Part shown: piece by piece, positions 56,691 to 64,000 of the stretch
Numbering within the stretch: the first letter of the stretch is position 1
How the letters are laid out: every line of letters starts with the position of its first letter
Assembly (NCBI GenBank): GCA_038245405.1
Contig: JBBRSO010000004.1
Span: 1,216 to 65,215, forward strand
DNA from: Bacteroidales bacterium
GTDB lineage: Bacteria; Bacteroidota; Bacteroidia; Bacteroidales; VadinHA17
Length of the DNA stretch: 64,000 bases
Direction of reading: 5' to 3'
Notes under the pieces: model-generated
Seen by the model: the letters and a program-made list of their open reading frames with translations, nothing else
What the model was told of the DNA's origin: nothing
The model's database searches: none
Translations under genes and position numbers: made by a program

Positions 56691-57790
56691 TCAGCAATCT
56701 TTACAGTAAGTGTATAATAAGAATATAGGCTGTTAACCTGTTCAAATTGATATTCCAGTTTACTTCCCGATTTCCTGGCCATATCTATCAATCCCAGATT
56801 GCCTGTACTTTCAGTTTTAATCGTCTGCTTCGAAATGGAATCTCTGAACATTTCTTTTAATCTTATCTTATCGTTTTCGTTTACGGCATCTAATTTAAAC
56901 TTCAGAAGATCAACATTTTCATTCTGTATCAGGTTACCAGTGGTAATAGAATAAACATCATCGTCCATTCTGATCATGGCAACAGGCATACCATAACTTT
57001 TTTCAGATTCTTTACCCGGACTGTATTTTGCTAAATTTTGAAGAATTTCAACCAGTATTCCAACTACCCTCCTTCTGAGATTTAATTCAACATCTTCTTC
57101 AGTTAGCTTTGTTTCTGTAAATGAGAGAAATTCTTTTTCCACATCATCGGAGAAGTGCCCTGACCAGACAAGATAAACATTGTCCTCTGCCATTAATCTT
57201 TCGATCTGAGAAACTGATTTGCCTGCAAAAGTTCTTTCGTGCGGGGTGTGCATGCCCACTCCCATTGAATTGACAGTCTTACTCAGTACAAAATAGGAAT
57301 AATCGTCATCGATGTTAACAAAATCATAATCAAGCTTATTACCGGTTTTTTTTGCCATCTCAATAAGGCCCAGACCAGCTCCACCAGTATCGTTGAACTC
57401 AGCTTTCACCAGCATCTCTCTGTAAACCTTCCTGATCTCATCAGGCTGAAGGTTATTAATTTCGTCAAGCTTTTTCCTGAGATCATCTATCTGGCTTACC
57501 GGAAGTACATTACCTGTAGTGACGGTATAGCCCGATTCCGTCTTTGAATACAACACAATTGACATGCTCTGATGCTTGTTATGATCGCTGTGCCTTGAAA
57601 CGTTCTGCAGACTCTCCAGAACAAACATGACTAATCTTTTCCTTCCAACAAACCCGAATTCCGAATCCTCCATTTCCTTTTCAAGCAGCGTAAGAAGAGG
57701 AACTGAGTTTTCGTTTGTAACTATGCCTCTGTAAACAAACATGAGACGGTCCTTCATCATTTTATCTCGAACTCTGCGGGTAAGATCCAT
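56687..57790 (-). CDS. Tandem-duplicated SiaB-like GHKL protein kinase
   Basis: 367 aa made of two ~180-aa halves with the same motif order. Half 1: FVYRGIV...FVLESLQNVSRH...TTGNVL...GGAGLGLIEMAKKTGNKLDYDF. Half 2: LVWSGHF...LVEILQNLAKY...TTGNLI...TGNLGLIDMARKSGSKLEYQF. Family assignment is from memory of SiaB-family sequences. Confidence 0.6.
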   Translation of the reverse strand: MDLTRRVRDKMMKDRLMFVYRGIVTNENSVPLLTLLEKEMEDSEFGFVGRKRLVMFVLESLQNVSRHSDHNKHQSMSIVLYSKTESGYTVTTGNVLPVSQIDDLRKKLDEINNLQPDEIRKVYREMLVKAEFNDTGGAGLGLIEMAKKTGNKLDYDFVNIDDDYSYFVLSKTVNSMGVGMHTPHERTFAGKSVSQIERLMAEDNVYLVWSGHFSDDVEKEFLSFTETKLTEEDVELNLRRRVVGILVEILQNLAKYSPGKESEKSYGMPVAMIRMDDDVYSITTGNLIQNENVDLLKFKLDAVNENDKIRLKEMFRDSISKQTIKTESTGNLGLIDMARKSGSKLEYQFEQVNSLYSYYTLTVKIAD

Positions 57791-57987
57791 ACAGCATTGA
57801 GTATAGGTAAGTTATTGAGATGCCAAAATTAGTACATTTTGAATACTAACCCAATAATTTTTGAGTGAAAGCCGTTTGATAAGTATCTATGGTCAATAAA
57901 GCAACGAATTTATGTCTATATTTAGAGGCCTGCAACTTGACTGATTTTTGATTTTCTTGATAACATATTATTGAATAGCTATTTACC

Positions 57988-58183
57988 ATGTTGACAGTTT
58001 TCAATATTCAAAGATTTTCAATACACGACGGCAATGGAGTCAGGACCAAATACCCTGGCAAGAGAAAAATATCAGATGCTGGGAAGAGAATATTCTTTCG
58101 GTAATATAAAGAATATCGAAAAGGACGAACTTGAGTCTTATGTAATTGCACAAATAAAAAAAATTCAATATACTTGTTACTAA
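57988..58183 (+). pseudogene. Relic of a glycyl-radical-enzyme activating protein (radical SAM) gene
   Basis: ATG 57988 reads MLTVFNIQRFSIHDGNGVRT, the conserved activase N-terminus (IFNIQRFSxHDGPGIRT). The CxxxCxxC cluster region is missing, and the frame shifts and stops after 38 codons. Another frame continues LAREKYQMLGREYSFGNIKNIEKDELESY... Possible further fragments run to 58310. Confidence 0.55.
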
Positions 58184-58405
58184 TTGGGGAAAAATAACAA
58201 ACGATTTATGTAACTTTATTTCCGGAAAACAGTATAGTGATCATGTCAGGAGATCTTTGTTTGGAGGAAAGTCATTAATTGAAGGAGATTTAAAACAAGA
58301 ACGATTGTAAATCAACTGGGTATGATAAATATCCGGTTTGAAAATATATTAAATATCTTAATCAGGGTATTCAACTACGGTATAAACGCATTTTATTAAA
58401 TCTCT

Positions 58406-59317
58406 ATGAATTACAAATCCCTTAGCCATTCAACTAAAAGTGAAGAGAACTCAACCACCTTTCTGGAATATCTCGTGAAGAAGGGTGGACCTGACCTGCA
58501 TGATTATGAAAGATTTACATCGATAGTTAATAGTCTGGTTCCCGAAGAGGTTGATAATTTCAGGGAAATAATCAGACCGGCACTTAACGCAAATACACTT
58601 ATTGGCCACGGATTTGTGAAACCATTTGGCTATCCTGGCGATTTTAACCTTATCGATAAGATTTACAGGTTCGATATAAATGAGGATGAAAAATATAAAA
58701 ACTGGGATCTGTTTTTTCAGAATCAGCCGGGAGCTAATGCAGTAAGAAACAGGAAAGATTTTTTCATAGAATACTGCAGAAATCTCGCAGAGAAAAAAGA
58801 GAATGCCAAAGTCCTTATCCTTGGCTCTGGCCCTGCAACTGATGTCTACGAGTTCATGTCAAGTTTCTCAGGAGGAAATAATATCAATATCGATCTTATA
58901 GATTTCGATCAGGCTGCAATAGATTTTTCAATGGCAAAAAACAAGCAGTTTGAAGGTCAGATAACCTACAACAAGATTAATGCACTACGTTATAATTCCT
59001 ATAAACTATATGACCTGATTTGGAGTGCGGGTTTATTTGATTATTTTAAAGACAAACATTTTACTTTTCTTATAAGGAAATACATCAATTGCCTGGCAGA
59101 AGACGGAGAGATGGTTATAAGCAATTTTAGCACCAGGAATCCGACAAAGAGGCTCATGGAGGTGTTGTCCGACTGGTATCTGAACCTGAGAACGGAATCA
59201 GATCTGTACAGGATCGCCTTAGATGCTAACGTTGATAAGGAACTGGTAATCGTTGATAAGGAACCCCTTGGAATTAATCTTTTTCTTAAGGTCAGGAAAA
59301 CAAAACCGGCTAACTGA
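58406..59317 (+). CDS. Class I SAM-dependent methyltransferase (possibly PhcB-like)
   Basis: 303 aa. SAM motif I VLILGSGPATD and post-I IDLIDFD. The N-terminal FVKPFGYPGDFNLIDKIY resembles, from memory, the motif of PhcB-type methyltransferases. Confidence 0.7.
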   Translation: MNYKSLSHSTKSEENSTTFLEYLVKKGGPDLHDYERFTSIVNSLVPEEVDNFREIIRPALNANTLIGHGFVKPFGYPGDFNLIDKIYRFDINEDEKYKNWDLFFQNQPGANAVRNRKDFFIEYCRNLAEKKENAKVLILGSGPATDVYEFMSSFSGGNNINIDLIDFDQAAIDFSMAKNKQFEGQITYNKINALRYNSYKLYDLIWSAGLFDYFKDKHFTFLIRKYINCLAEDGEMVISNFSTRNPTKRLMEVLSDWYLNLRTESDLYRIALDANVDKELVIVDKEPLGINLFLKVRKTKPAN

Positions 59318-59340
59318 ATTAATTATTAATACGCTTCCTG

Positions 59341-61320
59341 ATGAGTATTTTACATAATGTGGGAACCAGTCTTCTTGGACTTCCGTCAACAAATCAGGAG
59401 GCATTTTCAGTGAATTATCTGACACTGACTTTTAAAGATAAATCAGCAGTTTATGAAAAAGCATACGAGGATGATTATTTTCTGAAATCACTTAATCCTT
59501 TCAGATTTTCACTGGTACTCTCGATGGTATTTTACGGCGCTTTTGCATTTCTCGATAGTGTTGTTGTACCTGAGCTTAAAACAATCTTCTGGTTTATAAG
59601 ATTTGGTGTAGTATTCCCTGTGCTGGTAGCTGTCTTCATCTTCACATATTCCAAATTATTCAAGAAATATATGCAGTTTGTCATAGCCTGCATCATGTTC
59701 ATCACCGGTTTCGGGATCATAGTAATGATCGTTTTTGCTGCAAGAATAGGTAATTATTCCTACTATGCAGGACTTATCCTTATTTTCATCTTTGGTTATA
59801 CTTTTATAAGGGCAAGATTCATTTTTGCAATGATAGCCGGATGGTCAATCGTTGTTTCATATGAGATTTCCGCAATATGGCTGTCGGATACCCCATTTAA
59901 CATCCTTGTAGCAAATAACTACTTTTTTATAGGTGCCAACATAATCGGAATGTTTATAAGTTATTTTCTTGAACTGTCAACAAGGAATGAGTTCTATATG
60001 AGGATTTTGCTGGAAAAGGAGAAGGAGAATGTAAAAATCGCCAATAACGCGCTCGAAAAAAGAGTGATTGACCGTACACAGGAGCTTTCCGATACAAACC
60101 AGGATCTGAAGAAAGAAATTGAGATCCGGCAGAAATTTGAAAGAGAGAGAGCTGAACTTGAAAAACAGTTATATCAGCTCCAGAAGATGGAGACTATTGG
60201 AACATTAGCCGGCGGTATCGCGCACGATTTTAACAACATACTTACTCCCATTCTCGGGTATACTGATATGGCCCTGGAAGAACTTCCTGAAGATAGTAAT
60301 CTGCGGTTCGATCTGGAACAGATTAACAACGCTGCCCACAGGGGAAAAGACCTTGTGCAGCAGGTTCTCACATTCAGCAGGGAAGTAGATTTTACCAATA
60401 AGCCAATCAGGCTCCAGCCAATTGTTATTGAAGCTCTTAATCTGATTAAAGCTTCCTTCCCTCCCGGAGTGGAATTTATACAACGTTTCGACCAGAAGAT
60501 CGGGACAGTGCTTGCTGATCCTATTCACATCCACCAGATTGTGATGAATCTGTGCACAAATGCCAGCCATGCAATGATAAAAACAGGCGGCACCCTGGAA
60601 GTGAGCCTCGACACAGCAAAAATTGACCAGAAGATGGCCGATAAAATCCCGAATATGAAAAAGGGATATTATATCCGTCTTACAATCTCTGATACTGGTC
60701 ATGGAATGGATCTGAAGACCAAAGAAAGAATATTTGAACCATTCTTCACGCGGAAAGAAGTCGGGTCGGGATCGGGATTAGGTCTGTCTGTGGTACATGG
60801 AATTATCAGCAATTACGGTGGCGCAATAGTTGTTGACAGTACGCCCGGAAAAGGAACAACCTTCATGATCTATCTTCCCAGGTATGAAGGAGATCTTGTA
60901 GAGTCGGACAAAGCAAATAAGACCCTGGTAAAAGGTGTTGAGCACATACTTTTTGTCGATGATGAGCCTGAAATAACCTTTATGGGAAAGAAGATGCTCG
61001 AAAATCTCGGTTATAAAGTCACTATTTCAAGTAATAGCATCTCGGCTCTTAATGAGTTTAAAGCCAACCCTGACCGCTTTGCTCTTCTGGTGACTGATCA
61101 GAATATGCCGAACATAGCGGGTACTGATCTGGCATCAAGGATGCTGGAGATAAAACCTGACCTTAAAGTAATAATTATCACTGGATATTCGGACAATTTG
61201 TCGGATGAGGTGTTATATGAAAGGGGAATATCCGAAGTCATATTAAAACCAATGATCCTTGATGATTTCAGCAAAGTAATCAGACGCGTACTCGATAACC
61301 AAAAAATTAAAATTCATTAG
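59341..61320 (+). CDS. Membrane-bound hybrid sensor histidine kinase / response regulator
   Basis: 659 aa. About 6 TM helices (aa 55-225), a coiled coil, H-box GGIAHDFNNILTPILGY, HATPase_c (GSGSGLGLSVVHG), and a C-terminal receiver (LLVTDQNMPNIAG). Confidence 0.9.
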   Translation: MSILHNVGTSLLGLPSTNQEAFSVNYLTLTFKDKSAVYEKAYEDDYFLKSLNPFRFSLVLSMVFYGAFAFLDSVVVPELKTIFWFIRFGVVFPVLVAVFIFTYSKLFKKYMQFVIACIMFITGFGIIVMIVFAARIGNYSYYAGLILIFIFGYTFIRARFIFAMIAGWSIVVSYEISAIWLSDTPFNILVANNYFFIGANIIGMFISYFLELSTRNEFYMRILLEKEKENVKIANNALEKRVIDRTQELSDTNQDLKKEIEIRQKFERERAELEKQLYQLQKMETIGTLAGGIAHDFNNILTPILGYTDMALEELPEDSNLRFDLEQINNAAHRGKDLVQQVLTFSREVDFTNKPIRLQPIVIEALNLIKASFPPGVEFIQRFDQKIGTVLADPIHIHQIVMNLCTNASHAMIKTGGTLEVSLDTAKIDQKMADKIPNMKKGYYIRLTISDTGHGMDLKTKERIFEPFFTRKEVGSGSGLGLSVVHGIISNYGGAIVVDSTPGKGTTFMIYLPRYEGDLVESDKANKTLVKGVEHILFVDDEPEITFMGKKMLENLGYKVTISSNSISALNEFKANPDRFALLVTDQNMPNIAGTDLASRMLEIKPDLKVIIITGYSDNLSDEVLYERGISEVILKPMILDDFSKVIRRVLDNQKIKIH

Positions 61321-61323
61321 TTT

Positions 61324-61722
61324 ATGTCAAAAATTCTGGTACTTGATGATGAACCTTCAATACTACTCATGATAAAGAAGATGCTTGAGAAGGCGGGATA
61401 TGAGGTTATTGTTGCTTCAAATGGAAAAGAAGGAATGCGACTCTTTGAAAGAGACAAGCCCGACATGGTTATCACCGATATCATCATGCCTGAAAAAGAA
61501 GGGCTGGAGACCATATTTGAGCTCAGGAGGATGCATCCTGATTTGAAGATTATTGCAATTTCAGGTGGAGGAAGGATCAGTCCCGACGGTTATCTGCCTG
61601 GTGCCAAACTTCTAGGCGCTAACATGGTTTTTCAGAAACCACTTGTCCAGAAAGAATTCCTGAATGCAGTAGCATCTCTTCTTGAGGATCCTAAGGAAAA
61701 GACGTTTCCGTTACAGCTGTAG
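61324..61722 (+). CDS. Single-domain (CheY-like) response regulator
   Basis: 132 aa. KILVLDDEP, MVITDIIMPEKEG and IAISG; no output domain. It starts 3 nt after the kinase stop. Confidence 0.9.
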   Translation: MSKILVLDDEPSILLMIKKMLEKAGYEVIVASNGKEGMRLFERDKPDMVITDIIMPEKEGLETIFELRRMHPDLKIIAISGGGRISPDGYLPGAKLLGANMVFQKPLVQKEFLNAVASLLEDPKEKTFPLQL

Positions 61723-61723
61723 C

Positions 61724-63262
61724 TTAGCCAGCCCACCCCTCCCTATCCAGATTCCTGTAATTAATAGCTTCAGAGATATGTTCAGCCGTTATATTCTCAG
61801 AATCACCCAGATCTGCTATGGTCCTTGCAACCTTTAGGATCCTGTCATAGGCCCTTGCCGATAATCCTCTTATATCCATCGCTGTCTTAAGCAGTTTCCC
61901 TCCCGCCTCATCGAGCTGGCAATATCTCCGCTGCATCGATGACGACATCTGGGCATTGGAATAAACACCCTTAACATTCTCAAATCTCTTAGCTTGTATG
62001 GCTCTTGCCTTTACAACTCTTTCGCGTACTTCGGCAGAATGTTCAACTTTTCCAGCATCTGAGAGTTTATCATAATTAACCGGAACAACTTCTATATGGA
62101 TATCAATACGGTCAAGCAATGGTCCGGATATCCTGTTGAGGTATTTCTGAACCATTCCTGGTGAGCACATACATTCCTTTTCAGGATGATTATGAAACCC
62201 GCAAGGACAGGGATTCATACTGGCTACAAGCATGAATGAAGCCGGATAATCCACGCTTGATTTTGCTCGTGAAATTGTTATTACCCTGTCTTCGAGTGGT
62301 TGCCTCATAACTTCCAGGACAGTTCGTTTGAACTCAGGAAGCTCATCGAGAAACAATACGCCATTGTGTCCAAGGGAGATTTCTCCCGGTTGAGGAAATG
62401 TACCACCACCAACAAGAGCGACATCAGAAATAGTATGGTGGGGACTCCTGAAAGGGCGTTTTGTCATCAGGGCCGTGTGGTGATCGATCTTACCTGCTAC
62501 CGAATGTATCTTAGTTGTTTCCAGTGCTTCCTCAAGGGTTAAGGGAGGAATTATAGTAGGCAAACGCTTTGCCAGCATGGTTTTGCCGGCACCGGGGGGA
62601 CCGATCATGATAATATTATGTCCCCCGGCAGCTGCCACCTCCAGGGCTCTTTTAACATTCTCCTGACCTCTTACATCTGAAAAGTCGACATCATATTTGT
62701 TTGCTTCAGAGTTGAAAATCTCATGAAGATCAACCTTTACAGGACTGAATTTTTTAATGCCATTGAAGAAGTCTACTACTTCTCTAATGTTTTCCATCCC
62801 ATATACATCCAGTCCTTCTACAACAGCTGCCTCCCTTGCGTTCTTCATGGGGACGATAAACCCTTTGAACCCTTCATCCCTGGCACGCAGGGCTATCGGA
62901 AGAACACCTTTGATCGGCTGGAGGGTACCGTCGAGCGAAAGCTCGCCCATCATCACATATGATTCCATCTGACCGCATGCCACTTTCTCATCGGCTGCAA
63001 GTACACCCATTGCCAGTGGAAGATCATACGAGGAACCTTCCTTTCTGATATCAGCCGGGGCCATATTTATGACAATCTGCTTACCTGGCCAGTGAAAATC
63101 GAGTGCAAGGAGAGCCGAAGCAATTCTGTGCTGACTTTCTTTAACAGCACTATCAGGAAGACCTACGAGAAAAAACTGCACACCGCGCGACTCGTTAACT
63201 TCAATAGTCACGGTAACTGCATCAATACCAGTTACAGCACTGGCAAATGTTCTTACTAACAT
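61724..63262 (-). CDS. YifB/ComM-family Mg-chelatase-like AAA+ ATPase
   Basis: 512 aa. Lon-like N-domain, Walker A IGPPGAGKTMLA, Walker B GVLFLDELPEF, a CPCG Cys motif and a C-terminal helical domain. Confidence 0.9.
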   Translation of the reverse strand: MLVRTFASAVTGIDAVTVTIEVNESRGVQFFLVGLPDSAVKESQHRIASALLALDFHWPGKQIVINMAPADIRKEGSSYDLPLAMGVLAADEKVACGQMESYVMMGELSLDGTLQPIKGVLPIALRARDEGFKGFIVPMKNAREAAVVEGLDVYGMENIREVVDFFNGIKKFSPVKVDLHEIFNSEANKYDVDFSDVRGQENVKRALEVAAAGGHNIIMIGPPGAGKTMLAKRLPTIIPPLTLEEALETTKIHSVAGKIDHHTALMTKRPFRSPHHTISDVALVGGGTFPQPGEISLGHNGVLFLDELPEFKRTVLEVMRQPLEDRVITISRAKSSVDYPASFMLVASMNPCPCGFHNHPEKECMCSPGMVQKYLNRISGPLLDRIDIHIEVVPVNYDKLSDAGKVEHSAEVRERVVKARAIQAKRFENVKGVYSNAQMSSSMQRRYCQLDEAGGKLLKTAMDIRGLSARAYDRILKVARTIADLGDSENITAEHISEAINYRNLDREGWAG

Positions 63263-63451
63263 AATAATGAGTTTACTAGCACATTAGAAAACCACTATCA
63301 AATATACATAAGAATAAGATAAAAAACAAAAGATAAAAAACAAAAGGTGGGTGTGAAACGGTGAACCGGAACAGCCTGCCGCGATTTATCGGGGAATTAT
63401 AACAAATCCTATAAATTCTGTTTACGTATTCACGATTGATTTGACTAATGG

Positions 63452-64000
63452 TTAAACATTAAAATACTCAATGTTTCTTAAAACGATTGTCGCAATCTGA
63501 CCATTATAGTATTGTGTTCGTTTTGTCCAGTTACCTGCACTATCGTATTCGTACTCAAATTTGATTTTAAACTCATTATTCTCATTGGAAACGGTAGTAT
63601 AGTATTCGATTATATCGTTACTGCTATTTCTAATGAATCTGGTCTTAGTTTTTATGTCACCTTTGCCATCCTTTTCGGTCTGCAATAAAAGTTGTCCATT
63701 CTGATATTCATTTAGCGTTTGACTGATAACTTCTCCATTATTATTAAGTGTCGTTTCAACGGATATTTCCTCACCAGAATAAATGTATTCGCATGTCGTT
63801 TCAATATCCCCTTTTTCATTATATATTTTGTACCCGACTAATTTCCCATCCAGAAGAACTGGTACTTCCTTACCCACTAATTTTTCTCCGGAATACTTAT
63901 CTATTTCTGTACACATACCACGCTTGTTATAAACATATTTTGAATTAACAGAAACGTTCCCATCTTCATCGATAGTGTTTGATTCGATTATGTTGCCATT
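63452..64000 (-). CDS. Hypothetical repeat protein, C-terminal part (5' end beyond the right window edge)
   Basis: The track shows 63452..63916, but the frame stays open upstream to base 64000 (NGNIIESNTIDEDGNVSVNSKYVYNKRG-MCTEID...). It has repeated Y-x-Y/N-x-x-G-x beta-hairpin-like units ending in YEYDSAGNWTKR (YD-repeat-like). Confidence 0.5.
   Translation of the reverse strand, partial: NGNIIESNTIDEDGNVSVNSKYVYNKRGMCTEIDKYSGEKLVGKEVPVLLDGKLVGYKIYNEKGDIETTCEYIYSGEEISVETTLNNNGEVISQTLNEYQNGQLLLQTEKDGKGDIKTKTRFIRNSSNDIIEYYTTVSNENNEFKIKFEYEYDSAGNWTKRTQYYNGQIATIVLRNIEYFNV

Noticed and set aside
63316-63345. Direct repeat AAGATAAAAAACAA x2 upstream of the comM-like gene
   Set aside because: It is an A-rich low-complexity duplication of 14 nt. 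It is plausibly slippage in promoter DNA and nothing further supports a function.

Overview
This window reads as a densely packed core-chromosome segment of an AT-rich Bacteroidota genome. That assignment is an inference from GH97, a eukaryote-type GT3 glycogen-synthase domain, many lipobox lipoproteins, TAnnTTTG -7 promoter boxes and weak Shine-Dalgarno signal. I support about 50 protein genes, almost all housekeeping.

Gene content, left to right:
- purH, which is partial and missing from the ORF track because it runs off the left edge, then rsmA.
- An arginine / carbamoyl-phosphate block: patB-like, carA, argH, argG, argR and carB, with tandem ARG boxes between argR and carB.
- recQ, tatC-lptB, tRNA-Leu(TAG), tig-clpP-clpX, folA-thyA, an orphan GH97, rplU-rpmA, serS, ruvC, greA-HIT, ahcY and ribF.
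- An 11-kb glycogen block: GH13 branching enzyme, a 1407-aa GT3+GT35 fusion, GH57, GT4 and a debranching enzyme.
- Two TlpA-like thioredoxins, lpxH and comM/yifB.

I see no CRISPR array, transposase, integrase or recognisable defence island, so I cannot claim a clear novel protein system. Several track ORFs begin at TTG/GTG or upstream ATG codons, and I re-called those starts where a conserved N-terminus made that possible.

Four things deserve a second look:
1. A 936-bp ORF-free gap (36913-37848) holds a mirror-symmetric six-hairpin element whose mirrored stems differ by compensated substitutions.
2. An accessory-looking signalling cluster (56687-61722) contains a tandem-duplicated SiaB-like GHKL kinase, a relic of a glycyl-radical-enzyme activase, and a methyltransferase / membrane hybrid histidine kinase / CheY-like operon. 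Its layout parallels the Ralstonia phcBSRQ quorum-sensing operon.
3. Several families of short-unit (6-10 nt) tandem arrays are paired with arrays of their own reverse complement at gene boundaries.
4. One polypeptide fuses a glycogen-synthase domain to an alpha-glucan phosphorylase domain.

All functional calls come from motif recognition by eye; no database search was run.
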